Part shown: positions 1-8,330 of the stretch, in pieces | Position numbering within the stretch: the stretch's first letter is position 1 | How the letters are laid out: each line of letters opens with the position of its first letter | Origin: a virus | Taxonomy: Duplodnaviria > Heunggongvirae > Uroviricota > Caudoviricetes | Reading direction: 5' to 3' (one strand) | IMG/VR virus record: IMGVR_UViG_2713896909_000003 | Length of the DNA: 14,498 nt | Notes under the pieces: model-generated | Database searches by the model: none | Told to the model about the DNA's origin: nothing | The model's input: the letters and a program-made list of their open reading frames with translations, nothing else | Translations under genes and position numbers: made by a program

Positions 1-203
1 ACAAAATTTCAACGGGCATTGCCTACGGCACCTCCGCAGGCAGTGCTGGCTACTGGTTTTTACAGTGGCTTGATCAGGTCAGCCCGTCACAGTGGGCTGC
101 GATTGGAGTGCTGGGAAGTCTAGTTCTGGGCTTTTTGACTTATCTGACAAATCTGTATTTCAAAATCAGAGAAGACAGAAGAAAGGCTGCGAGAGGTGAA
201 TAA
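1..203 (+). CDS. S: Holin, class II pinholin (phage 21 S-like), 5'-truncated by window edge
   Basis: Frame ending at TAA 201-203 translates ...[66 protein letters not shown], which I recognise as the phage 21 S pinholin (two TM segments, charged C-tail). Stop overlaps the downstream start (TAATG). Confidence 0.85.
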   Translation, partial: KISTGIAYGTSAGSAGYWFLQWLDQVSPSQWAAIGVLGSLVLGFLTYLTNLYFKIREDRRKAARGE

Positions 204-700
204 TGCCTCCATCATTACGCAAGGCTGTTGCAGCTGCTATTGGTGGCGGGGCTATTGCCATAGCGTCTGTGCTCATCACTGGTCCAAGTGGTAACGATGG
301 TCTGGAAGGTGTCAGCTACATACCATACAAAGATATCGTTGGTGTATGGACTGTATGTCACGGGCATACAGGAAAAGACATCATTCCCGGTAAAACGTAT
401 ACCGAAGCAGAATGCAAAGCCCTCCTGAATAAAGACCTTGCCACGGTCGCCAGACAAATTAACCCGTACATCAAAGTCGATATACCGGAAACAACGCGCG
501 GCGCTCTTTACTCGTTCGTTTACAACGTGGGCGCTGGTAATTTCAGAACATCGACGCTTCTTCGCAAAATAAACCAGGGCGATATCAAAGGCGCATGTGA
601 TCAGCTACGGCGCTGGACATACGCTGGCGGTAAGCAATGGAAAGGGCTGATGACTCGCCGTGAGATTGAGCGTGAAGTCTGTTTATGGGGGCAACAATGA
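203..700 (+). CDS. R: SAR endolysin, T4-lysozyme-like muramidase (phage 21 R-like)
   Basis: 165 aa ORF. N-terminal Gly/Ala-rich weakly hydrophobic segment ([20 protein letters not shown]) typical of a signal-anchor-release domain, followed by a Glu35/Asp44/Thr50 lysozyme-type triad ([17 protein letters not shown]). Immediately follows the holin gene. Confidence 0.88.
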   Translation: MPPSLRKAVAAAIGGGAIAIASVLITGPSGNDGLEGVSYIPYKDIVGVWTVCHGHTGKDIIPGKTYTEAECKALLNKDLATVARQINPYIKVDIPETTRGALYSFVYNVGAGNFRTSTLLRKINQGDIKGACDQLRRWTYAGGKQWKGLMTRREIEREVCLWGQQ

Positions 701-1164
701 GCAGAGTTACCGCGATTATCTCCACACTGGTTATCTGCATCATCGTCTGCCTGTTGTTGGCTGTTAATCATTACCGTGATAACGCCATCTCCTACAAAGA
801 GCAGCGTGACAAAAACGCCAGAGAGTTGAAGCTGGCGAACGCCACCATCGCTGACATGCAGCAGCGTCAGCGTGATGTTGCTGTGCTCGATGCAAAGTAC
901 TCGAGAGAATTAGCCAATGCGAAAGCTGAAAATGAAACTCTGCGCGCTGATGTTGCCGCTGGTCGTAAGCGCCTGCGGGTCAATGCCAGTTGCTCCGCAG
1001 CCGTGCGTGAAGCCACCGGACCCACCCGCGTGGATAATGCAACCAGCCCCCGACTGGAAGACACCGCTGAACGGGATTATTTCACCCTCAGAGAGCGGCT
1101 GATGACGATGCAGATGCAACTGGAAGGGGCACAGGAGTATATCCGCACTCAGTGCATTAAGTAG
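697..1164 (+). CDS. Rz: i-spanin Rz (inner-membrane spanin)
   Basis: [20 protein letters not shown]... has an N-terminal TM helix then a coiled-coil-like periplasmic domain, closely resembling lambda Rz. ATG 697 overlaps the R stop (ATGA). An in-frame ATG at 685 exists but the lambda-type start is 697. Confidence 0.85.
   Translation: MSRVTAIISTLVICIIVCLLLAVNHYRDNAISYKEQRDKNARELKLANATIADMQQRQRDVAVLDAKYSRELANAKAENETLRADVAAGRKRLRVNASCSAAVREATGPTRVDNATSPRLEDTAERDYFTLRERLMTMQMQLEGAQEYIRTQCIK
917..1102 (+). CDS. Rz1: o-spanin Rz1 (outer-membrane lipoprotein), embedded in Rz in the +1 frame
   Basis: 61 aa ORF wholly inside Rz: [22 protein letters not shown]... (signal peptide with lipobox-like VSAC) then Pro-rich mature part ([30 protein letters not shown]), very similar to lambda Rz1. 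Confidence 0.8.
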   Translation: MRKLKMKLCALMLPLVVSACGSMPVAPQPCVKPPDPPAWIMQPAPDWKTPLNGIISPSESG

Positions 1165-1206
1165 CCTTTTTATCGTGGTAAACATTTCGCAGGGTATGAG
1201 GTATTT

Positions 1207-1557
1207 ATGCCATCACTAATCCCACGCGCCTGCCGTAAGCGTGGATGTGCAGGCACAACAACAGACAGTTCTGGTTACTGCGATAAACATCGTGGCGAAG
1301 GATGGGTACAGCATCAACGCGGACTGAGTCGCCACCAGCGTGGCTATGGCTCGAAATGGGATGCCATACGTGCGCGCATACTGAAGCGTGATAATCATCT
1401 GTGTCAGAACTGCCTGCGCAATGGGAGAGCCGTTGAAGCCAGAACGGTGGACCACATCATTCCGAAAGCTCATGGTGGCACGGATGCAGACAGTAACCTG
1501 CAGAGTCTGTGCTGGCCCTGCCATAAAGCAAAAACAGCGCGCGAACGCATCAATTGA
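1207..1557 (+). CDS. HNH endonuclease (packaging-associated, HK97 gp74-like)
   Basis: 116 aa with paired CxxC zinc-finger cysteines and an HNH core (CQNC...DHIIPKAHGG...SNLQSLCWPCH). GAGG Shine-Dalgarno 7 nt upstream. Sits directly upstream of the terminase genes. Confidence 0.8.
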   Translation: MPSLIPRACRKRGCAGTTTDSSGYCDKHRGEGWVQHQRGLSRHQRGYGSKWDAIRARILKRDNHLCQNCLRNGRAVEARTVDHIIPKAHGGTDADSNLQSLCWPCHKAKTARERIN

Positions 1558-1705
1558 TAACAGTTCCCATCTGCAGGGGAGGGGCGGGTCAAATCTCTGC
1601 AACCCAGGCTGCTCAGGACCGCCGCCTGACCCTTCCTCACATCGCCGCAGGTTCGAAAACTTTTTTTTGGAAATGTGATTAAACGATTGATAGGTAAAAC
1701 CGATT
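1558..1705. other. Intergenic region between HNH and terminase small subunit; candidate cos/packaging site
   Basis: 148 bp non-coding gap, the only sizeable one in the window. Contains a G-rich tract (gcaggggaggggcgggtc, ~1573-1590) and a T9 run (~1662-1670). In HK97-like phages cos lies between the HNH gene and the small terminase gene. The exact cleavage site cannot be determined from sequence alone. Confidence 0.35.
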
Positions 1706-2188
1706 ATGCCAGGACCCCCGAAAACCCCGCCACGCCTGCATTTGATACGAGGCAACCCCTCAAAACGCCCCGTTAAAGACCCCAAAAAAACCGCTAAAAA
1801 GGATGAAAAAGGTCTCCCTAAAATTCCGCAACATTTAGGGGCACAGGGGAAGTACTGGTTCAGGCGAATGGCGGAAGAATTGAATGCGGAAGGGATCATT
1901 TCTCAGCTTGATGCGCGTGCACTCGAGTTACTGGTGGAAGCCTACACCGAATACCGGCATCACTGCGAAACACTCGATGTTGAGGGTTATACCTACCGCA
2001 CGGAAACGCAGAATGGCGATGTGATGATCAAGGCACATCCGGCTGCGGCGATGAAGGCGGATGCCTGGAAGCGGATCCGGGCGATGCTTGCAGAGTTTGG
2101 TATGTCACCGGCAAGCCGGGCTAAAGTAAATACCGCCGGACCGGATGATGTTGATCCACTGGCAGAGCTTTTAAAAGCGAGAGACTGA
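1706..2188 (+). CDS. Terminase small subunit (P27 family)
   Basis: 160 aa, basic Pro/Lys-rich N-terminus (MPGPPKTPPRLHLIRGNPSKRP...) typical of P27-family small terminases. Stop overlaps the large terminase start (TGATG). Weak Shine-Dalgarno. Confidence 0.75.
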   Translation: MPGPPKTPPRLHLIRGNPSKRPVKDPKKTAKKDEKGLPKIPQHLGAQGKYWFRRMAEELNAEGIISQLDARALELLVEAYTEYRHHCETLDVEGYTYRTETQNGDVMIKAHPAAAMKADAWKRIRAMLAEFGMSPASRAKVNTAGPDDVDPLAELLKARD

Positions 2189-3945
2189 TGGCAAAAGTGG
2201 CTGACGGGATCCGCTACGCCGAACGTGTTGTTGCAGGAGAAATTGTTGCTGGCGAATTTGTCCGTCTGGCCTGCCAGCGTTTTCTTGATGATCTGAAGTA
2301 CGGCGAAGAGCGGGGGATTTATTTCAGTGAACCCCGTGCACAACACATCCTGAATTTCTATAAATTTGTGCCTCATGTAAAAGGGGCGCTGGCAGGCCAG
2401 CCCATTGAGTTGATGGACTGGCATGTATTTATCCTCATTAATATTTTTGGCTTTGTCATTCCGCTGGTAAATGAAGAGACCGGGGAAGTTGTCATGCGCA
2501 GCGATGGCAGCGGACGCCCGGTGATGGTGCGCCGGTTCCGGACGGCCTACAACGAAGTTGCCCGTAAAAACGCAAAATCAACCCTGTCATCGGGTATCGG
2601 CCTGTATATGACGGGGGCAGATGGTGAAGGCGGTGCTGAGGTGTATTCAGCCGCAACCACGCGTGACCAGGCCAGAATTGTGTTTGAAGACGCCAAAAAT
2701 ATGGTCAGAAAAGCCCGGTCGACACTCGGGCGATTGTTTGATTTCAACAAGCTGGCGATCTACCAGGAGCAGAGCGCATCAAAATTTGAACCGCTTTCCT
2801 CGGATGCAAACAACCTGGACGGTCTGAACATCCACTGCGCCATTATTGATGAGCTGCATGCACATAAAACCCGCGACGTGTGGGACGTTCTGGAAACGGC
2901 AACCGGTGCCCGTCTGCAGTCCCTGTTATTTGGCATCACCACGGCTGGCTTTAACAAGGAAGGGATTTGTTACGAGCAACGCGATTACGCCATCAAGGTA
3001 TTGCGAGGCTATAACAGCGACGTGGAGGGCGCGGTAAAAGACGACTCCTACTTTGCAATTATTTACACGCTCGATGAGGGAGATGATCCGTTTGATGAAA
3101 CGGTCTGGCAGAAAGCGAATCCGGGCCTGGGCATCTGTAAGCGCTGGGATGATCTGCGTCGTCTGGCGAAAAAGGCGAAGGAGCAGGTCTCGGCGCGGGT
3201 GAATTTTTTCACGAAACACATGAATGTGTGGGTCACTGCCGAATCTGCCTGGATGGACATGATTAAGTGGGAGAAGTGCGAATACATTGCTCCACAGCAT
3301 GAGCTGAAAACATATCCCATGTGGGTCGGTGTAGACCTTGCTCATAAGATTGATATCTGTGCGGCGGCAAAACTCTGGCGAACCGATAACGGACATGTTC
3401 ATGCCGATTTTAAATTCTGGCTTCCGGAAGGACGGCTGGAGCGGTGCTCGCGGCAGATGGCGGAGCTTTACCGGAAATGGGCGGAGATGGATAAGCTTAT
3501 CCTGACGGATGGTGATGTTATCGATCATGCTCAGATAAAAAGTGATTTACTGGAATGGATTGGTGGTGAAAACCTCAGGGAACTGGGATTTGACCCGTGG
3601 AGCGCAATGCAGTTCAGTCTGGCGCTGGCTGAAGAAGGGATACCGCTGGTGGAAGTTCCGCAGACGGTCCGCAATCTGTCAGAGGCCATGAAGGAAACGG
3701 AATCACTGGTCTATGCCGGGCGTTTCCATCACAGCAATCACCCGGTTATGAACTGGATGATGTCTAACGTTACGGTAAAACCGGACAAAAACGACAATAT
3801 CTTCCCGAATAAATCCACGCCTGAAGCCAAAATCGACGGCCCTGTTGCGCTTTTTACGGCCATGAGCCGCTTTCTGGTAAATGGCGGGGACGTGAATGAC
3901 TTTCTGTCCACGCTTGATCCTGATGAGGACCTGTTAATTCTGTGA
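2188..3945 (+). CDS. Terminase large subunit (ATPase/nuclease)
   Basis: 585 aa ORF directly coupled to the small subunit gene. Hydrophobic stretch followed by DE (HCAIIDELHA) resembles a Walker B motif. Size and position fit an HK97-type large terminase. Confidence 0.85.
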   Translation: MAKVADGIRYAERVVAGEIVAGEFVRLACQRFLDDLKYGEERGIYFSEPRAQHILNFYKFVPHVKGALAGQPIELMDWHVFILINIFGFVIPLVNEETGEVVMRSDGSGRPVMVRRFRTAYNEVARKNAKSTLSSGIGLYMTGADGEGGAEVYSAATTRDQARIVFEDAKNMVRKARSTLGRLFDFNKLAIYQEQSASKFEPLSSDANNLDGLNIHCAIIDELHAHKTRDVWDVLETATGARLQSLLFGITTAGFNKEGICYEQRDYAIKVLRGYNSDVEGAVKDDSYFAIIYTLDEGDDPFDETVWQKANPGLGICKRWDDLRRLAKKAKEQVSARVNFFTKHMNVWVTAESAWMDMIKWEKCEYIAPQHELKTYPMWVGVDLAHKIDICAAAKLWRTDNGHVHADFKFWLPEGRLERCSRQMAELYRKWAEMDKLILTDGDVIDHAQIKSDLLEWIGGENLRELGFDPWSAMQFSLALAEEGIPLVEVPQTVRNLSEAMKETESLVYAGRFHHSNHPVMNWMMSNVTVKPDKNDNIFPNKSTPEAKIDGPVALFTAMSRFLVNGGDVNDFLSTLDPDEDLLIL

Positions 3946-3962
3946 AACAGCTTATTACTGAT

Positions 3963-4103
3963 ATGACCGGGCTGATCGGTTTCGGTCTGCTCACTGCTGG
4001 CGTTTATCTGTATGCAGGTCTGCCAGCGTCTCTGATGTTGTCTGGCTGTTTGTTGCTGCTTTATGCACTGGTGGTGTCCATGAGGAGAAAACATGCTTCT
4101 TGA
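3963..4103 (+). CDS. Hypothetical small membrane protein (46 aa, two predicted TM segments); not in supplied ORF track
   Basis: ATG 3963 to TGA 4101-4103 gives MTGLIGFGLLTAGVYLYAGLPASLMLSGCLLLLYALVVSMRRKHAS: two hydrophobic stretches and a basic tail. An in-frame GTG at 3942 would give 53 aa. It fills the terminase-portal gap exactly and overlaps the portal start by 11 nt. No strong Shine-Dalgarno, so coding status is uncertain. Confidence 0.3.
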   Translation: MTGLIGFGLLTAGVYLYAGLPASLMLSGCLLLLYALVVSMRRKHAS

Positions 4104-5319
4104 TGCTCTGTTTCGCAGTGAGCCTCTGGAAAATCCCTCGATTCCGGTAACCGGAGAGGCCGCTGAGACGGATAATATTTTTGCCCGGGAAGTGTATGTC
4201 AGTCCGGAAACATCCATGAAGCTGGCTGCTGTCTATGCCTGTATTTATGTTATTTCATCCAGTGTGGCTCAGATGCCCCTGCATGTGATGCGAAAAACGA
4301 ATGAGCATGTTCAGCCGGCACGCGATCATCCGTTGTTCTGGCTCGTTCATGATGAACCTAATGCCTGGCAGACCAGCTATAAGTGGCGGGAACTGAAGCA
4401 GCGTCATGTGCTGGGGTGGGGCAATGGTTATACGTGGGTAAAACGCAATCGTCGTGGCGAGGTTACCAGCCTTGAATGCTGTATGCCATGGGAAACCACG
4501 TTACTTAACACCGGTGGGCGTCATACTTACGGGGTGTATAACGAAGAGGGGGCATTTGCGGTAAGTCCGGACGACATGATCCATATCAGGGCGCTGGGAA
4601 ACAATCAGAAAATGGGACTGAGCCCGATCATGCAGCATGCTGAAACCATTGGTATGGGAATGAGTGGCCAGCAGTATACCAGCGCCTTTTTTAACGGTAA
4701 TGCCCGTCCTGCCGGTATTATTTCTGTGAAAAATGAACTGAACGAACAGAGCTGGGGCAGGCTTAAAAATATGTGGCAGCGGGCGGTGACAGCGCTTCGC
4801 AGCCAGGAAAATAAAACCATGCTGCTGCCTGCGCAACTGGATTACCGCGCTCTGACAGTTTCTCCGGTGGATGCTCAGATCATTGATATGACCAAGCTGA
4901 ACAGGTCGATGATTGCCGGGATTTTTAATGTCCCGGCGCACATGATTAATGACCTGGAAAAAGCCACATTTTCGAATATTACGCAGCAGGCGATTCAGTT
5001 TGTTCGCTACACGATGATGCCCTGGGTTGCGAACTGGGAGCAGGAGCTTAACCGTCGCCTGTTTACCCGTACAGAACGGGCTGCCGGGTATTACGTTCGT
5101 TTCAACCTCACGGGGTTGCTCCGTGGGACCCCACAGGAGCGTGCGCAGTTCTATCACTTTGCCATTACAGATGGCTGGATGAGCCGGAATGAAGCCAGGG
5201 CATTTGAGGATATGAACCCGGTTGACGGTCTGGATGAAATGCTGGTCAGCGTAAATGCAGCAAATCCGTTGAATAACTTTAAAGATACAAAAGGCAAAGA
5301 GGAAAAGAACGATGAATGA
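4093..5319 (+). CDS. Portal protein (HK97 family)
   Basis: 408 aa. GAGGAG Shine-Dalgarno at 4082-4087. Position after the large terminase and size fit an HK97-type portal. Confidence 0.85.
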   Translation: MLLDALFRSEPLENPSIPVTGEAAETDNIFAREVYVSPETSMKLAAVYACIYVISSSVAQMPLHVMRKTNEHVQPARDHPLFWLVHDEPNAWQTSYKWRELKQRHVLGWGNGYTWVKRNRRGEVTSLECCMPWETTLLNTGGRHTYGVYNEEGAFAVSPDDMIHIRALGNNQKMGLSPIMQHAETIGMGMSGQQYTSAFFNGNARPAGIISVKNELNEQSWGRLKNMWQRAVTALRSQENKTMLLPAQLDYRALTVSPVDAQIIDMTKLNRSMIAGIFNVPAHMINDLEKATFSNITQQAIQFVRYTMMPWVANWEQELNRRLFTRTERAAGYYVRFNLTGLLRGTPQERAQFYHFAITDGWMSRNEARAFEDMNPVDGLDEMLVSVNAANPLNNFKDTKGKEEKNDE

Positions 5320-5911
5320 CCGTGAAACGCGCTGTTACAGCGGGGAGGTGCGGGCGGAACAATATGATAATGCCCCGACCCACATTCTGGGGTATGGCTC
5401 GGTATTTAACAGTCGTTCAGAACCTCTGTGGGGATTTCGTGAAATCATCAAGCCGGGGGCTTTTGACGATGTACTGAATGATGATGTACGTGGCTTGTTT
5501 AATCATGATCCTAATTTCATTCTCGGACGAAGTTCTGCCGGCACGTTGTCATTGTCGGTGGATGAACGCGGTTTACGTTATGACATTGTTGCACCGGATA
5601 CTCCGACTATTTGTGACCTGGTGCTGTCTCCAATGTTGCGTGGTGACATTAATCAGTCCTCATTCGCGTTTCGTGTCGCCCGTGATGGAGAGAGCTGGTA
5701 TGAAGACGACGAGGGGATTGTTATCCGGGAAATCACGCGCATTTCCCGTCTGTATGACGTCAGCCCGGTGACATATCCGGCCTATCAGGACGCAGACTCT
5801 GGTGTCCGCTCAATGAAAGCCTGGCAGGAAGCGCGGGCGAGTGGTGCGCTGAAGAAAGCTGTTAATGAACGAATGGCGCGTGAGCGCCTTTTGACCCTTC
5901 TGAATGCATAA
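5312..5911 (+). CDS. Prohead maturation protease (HK97 gp4-like)
   Basis: 199 aa. Start overlaps the portal stop by 8 nt. Contains candidate catalytic His (GLFNHDPN) and Ser (INQSSFAF) in the expected order, and sits between portal and capsid genes. Confidence 0.8.
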   Translation: MNDRETRCYSGEVRAEQYDNAPTHILGYGSVFNSRSEPLWGFREIIKPGAFDDVLNDDVRGLFNHDPNFILGRSSAGTLSLSVDERGLRYDIVAPDTPTICDLVLSPMLRGDINQSSFAFRVARDGESWYEDDEGIVIREITRISRLYDVSPVTYPAYQDADSGVRSMKAWQEARASGALKKAVNERMARERLLTLLNA

Positions 5912-5925
5912 GGATACTACTGACG

Positions 5926-7143
5926 ATGAAACTTCATGAGATGAAGCAAAAACGAAACACCATTGCAAAGGATATGCGTGCACTGCATGAAAAAATTGGT
6001 GATAACGCATGGACTGATGAGCAACGGGCAGAGTGGAACAGGGCGAAAGCTGAGCTGGATGCGCTGGATGAGCAAATCGCCCGTGAAGAAGAGTTGCGCC
6101 GTCAGGATCAGGCATATGTGGATGAGTCCGGGCCGGAAGAGCGCCAGAATAATGAGGCGGAGAACGGGAAAAAGGCGGTGGAAGAGAAGCGCGCTGCGGC
6201 ATTTAACCGTTTTCTGCGTGCCGGATTTGCAGAACTGAATGCTGAAGAGCGTAATCTGATGCGTGAACTGCGGGCTCAGAGTGTAACAACGGATTCTCAG
6301 GGCGGATATACGGTGCCCACGCAGATGCGTAACAAAATCATTGACACCATGAAGGCTTATGGCGGGATTGCCAGTGTGGCGCAACTTCTGACCACGTCAA
6401 CCGGGCAGGATATCACCTGGTCAACGTCTGACGGCACGACTGAAGAGGGCGAACTGCTGGCGGAAAATACAGCCGCAACGGAACAGGATGTGACGTTCGG
6501 GACTGCTATTCTGGGGGCTAAAAAGCTGTCATCAAAAATAATTCGTGTGTCCAATGAGCTGCTCCAGGACAGTGGGGTAGATATTGAATCTTATCTGGCA
6601 AACCGTATTGCCCAGCGTATTGGTCGTGGAGAGGCAAAATATCTGGTTCAGGGGACCGGAACGGGATCACCGTTACAGCCAAAAGGGCTGGCAGCGTCGG
6701 TGACGGGAACTATCCAGACTGCAGCCTCTGCCGCTTTCACCTGGAAAGAAATGAATGCCCTGAAACATGCCATTGATCCGGCATATCGTGGTGGGCCGAA
6801 ATACCGCTGGGCATTCAATGATGCCACATTGCAGACTATTGAAGAGATGGAGGATGGACAGAAACGCCCGTTATGGCTGCCGGATATTGCAGGCGGTACG
6901 CCGGCTACTGTGCTGGGGATCCCTTATGTTATTGATCAGGCTATTGACGGGATTGGTACCGGGAAAAAATTCATTTTCCTGGGGGATTTCAACCGCTTTA
7001 TCATTCGCCGCGTTACTTATATGGAACTGAAACGTCTGGTTGAGCGTTATGCTGAGTTTGATCAGGTGGCATTTCTGGCTTTCCATCGTTTTGACTGTGT
7101 GCTGGAAGATGTGGCAGCCATTAAGGCGCTTACTGGCAAATAA
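5926..7143 (+). CDS. Major capsid protein, HK97 type, with N-terminal delta (scaffolding) domain
   Basis: 405 aa. The first ~110 aa are charged and coiled-coil-like (EQRAEWNRAKAELDALDEQIAREEELRRQ...), followed by a capsid-type body. AAGGA Shine-Dalgarno upstream. No separate scaffold gene is present. Confidence 0.85.
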   Translation: MKLHEMKQKRNTIAKDMRALHEKIGDNAWTDEQRAEWNRAKAELDALDEQIAREEELRRQDQAYVDESGPEERQNNEAENGKKAVEEKRAAAFNRFLRAGFAELNAEERNLMRELRAQSVTTDSQGGYTVPTQMRNKIIDTMKAYGGIASVAQLLTTSTGQDITWSTSDGTTEEGELLAENTAATEQDVTFGTAILGAKKLSSKIIRVSNELLQDSGVDIESYLANRIAQRIGRGEAKYLVQGTGTGSPLQPKGLAASVTGTIQTAASAAFTWKEMNALKHAIDPAYRGGPKYRWAFNDATLQTIEEMEDGQKRPLWLPDIAGGTPATVLGIPYVIDQAIDGIGTGKKFIFLGDFNRFIIRRVTYMELKRLVERYAEFDQVAFLAFHRFDCVLEDVAAIKALTGK

Positions 7144-7164
7144 CCACACGTTGTTCTGTTACAG

Positions 7165-7187
7165 ACCGCGCCGACGCGGTTTTTTTA
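7165..7187 (+). terminator. Rho-independent terminator after the major capsid gene
   Basis: Stem accgcg (7165-7170), loop ccga, stem cgcggt (7175-7180), then a T-run (7181-7186), 22 nt after the capsid stop. Confidence 0.6.
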
Positions 7188-7219
7188 TGCCCGCACAGTG
7201 TTGCGGGCAGGAGTTTCTG

Positions 7220-7537
7220 ATGGCAGCAATAGTTGAAAAACTCAGGGCGCAGTGCCGTATTGATACAGATGATGCAACTGATGATGAGTTACTGATGCTG
7301 TATTTCCGGGCGGCCTGCCGCAAGGCAGAAAATTTTATCAACCGTAAGCTTTATGAGGAGACGGTGCCGGAAGGTGATCCTGAAGGGGTGCTTATAGCTG
7401 ATGATGTTTTGCTGGCGCTCATGTTGCTGGTCGGACACTGGTACGAAAACCGGGAAAATTCCTCAGATGTCAGCAAGGCACCAGTCCCGTTTGGTTTTTC
7501 TTCTCTGCTGGAGCCTTATCGTTTTATTCCTTTGTAG
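7220..7537 (+). CDS. Head-tail connector protein (gp6-like)
   Basis: 105 aa from ATG 7220 with AGGAG Shine-Dalgarno 6 nt upstream: MAAIVEKLRAQCRIDTDDATDDELLMLYFRAA... The ORF track extends this frame to 7040, but that extension overlaps the capsid gene and terminator and is not credible. Confidence 0.75.
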   Translation: MAAIVEKLRAQCRIDTDDATDDELLMLYFRAACRKAENFINRKLYEETVPEGDPEGVLIADDVLLALMLLVGHWYENRENSSDVSKAPVPFGFSSLLEPYRFIPL

Positions 7538-7545
7538 GAGGAACC

Positions 7546-7884
7546 ATGCAGGCGGGCAGATTACGTGATCGTGTGGTTATTCTGAATGCCACCACCGTTC
7601 GGTCTCCGTCAGGGCACCCTGTGGAAACAATGACGGAGGGGGCAACCATATGGGCAGAAGTTAAGGGGATCAGTGGCAGGGAGAGAATATCCGGAGGCGC
7701 AGAAACAGCTCAGGCTACAGTGAGGGTCTGGATGAGATTCCGGCGAGATGTAACAGCAACTTCATGTCTGAAAGTGCTGACTGGTGCATTCAAAGGCGCG
7801 ATTCTGAGTATAGACGGTCCGCCGATACCGGATGCCCGTGCCACACGGCTTGAGATACTCTGTTCTCAGAAGGGGAATGTGTGA
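7546..7884 (+). CDS. Head-tail adaptor / head closure protein
   Basis: 112 aa with strong AGGAGG Shine-Dalgarno at 7536-7541. Position and size fit the head closure gene of HK97-like phages. Confidence 0.7.
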   Translation: MQAGRLRDRVVILNATTVRSPSGHPVETMTEGATIWAEVKGISGRERISGGAETAQATVRVWMRFRRDVTATSCLKVLTGAFKGAILSIDGPPIPDARATRLEILCSQKGNV

Positions 7885-8330
7885 TGGATTTCAGTCTTGA
7901 TTTTTCAGGTCTGGCGGATATTGCACGGGATCTGGAGACGCTCAGCAGGGCAGAAAACAATAAGGTTCTGCGCGATGCCACCCGTGCCGGTGCTGAAGTT
8001 ATGCGGGATGCAGTTGTTGAACGTGCGCCGGAGCGAACCGGGAAACTGAAGAAAAATGTGGTTGTTCTCACGCAGCGTTCAAAGCGTCGGGGAGAAATTA
8101 TCTCGGGTGTCCACATTCGCGGACGGAACCTGCGAACCGGAAACAGTGATAACAGCATGAAAGCCAGCGATCCCCGAAATGCGTTTTACTGGCGCTTTGT
8201 GGAGCTGGGAACGATAAACATGCCCGCGCATCCATTCATTCGCCCGGCTTTCGATACGACAGAGGAGCTGGCGGCGCAGGTTGCCATACAGCGAATGAAT
8301 CAGGCTATTGATGAGGTCTTAAGTAAATGA
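7884..8330 (+). CDS. Tail/neck component, HK97 gp10 family
   Basis: ~148 aa. ATG 7884 overlaps the previous stop (TGATG); an alternative GTG start lies at 7881. Position matches the HK97 gp10-family slot. Confidence 0.7.
   Translation: MDFSLDFSGLADIARDLETLSRAENNKVLRDATRAGAEVMRDAVVERAPERTGKLKKNVVVLTQRSKRRGEIISGVHIRGRNLRTGNSDNSMKASDPRNAFYWRFVELGTINMPAHPFIRPAFDTTEELAAQVAIQRMNQAIDEVLSK

Noticed and set aside
685-696. Alternative upstream ATG start (685) for Rz
   Set aside because: The lambda-type N-terminus MSRVTAII begins at ATG 697, which overlaps the R stop in the typical ATGA arrangement. The 685 start would add four residues inside the R coding region.
1388-1678. 96-aa plus-strand ORF overlapping the 3' half of the HNH gene in another frame (and similar internal alternate-frame ORFs at 5478-5771, 5963-6238, 8899-9159, 11418-11639, 12105-12287)
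   Set aside because: All are fully nested in alternate frames of well-supported genes, lack ribosome-binding sites and have low-complexity translations. Rz1 is the only nested frame with clear signal-peptide and homology support.
1216-1899. 227-aa minus-strand ORF spanning the HNH gene, the putative cos gap and the start of the small terminase gene
   Set aside because: It crosses an intergenic region and two well-supported plus-strand genes and has no recognisable domain. Most likely an antisense artefact.
4501-5157. 218-aa minus-strand ORF inside the portal gene (and a similar 200-aa ORF at 2926-3528 inside the large terminase gene)
   Set aside because: Antisense to strongly supported structural genes, with no independent start signals or recognisable domains.
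7040-7219. Upstream extension of the connector ORF as drawn in the ORF track (start at 7040)
   Set aside because: The extension overlaps the last 100 nt of the capsid gene and runs through the intrinsic terminator. The real start is ATG 7220 with an AGGAG Shine-Dalgarno.
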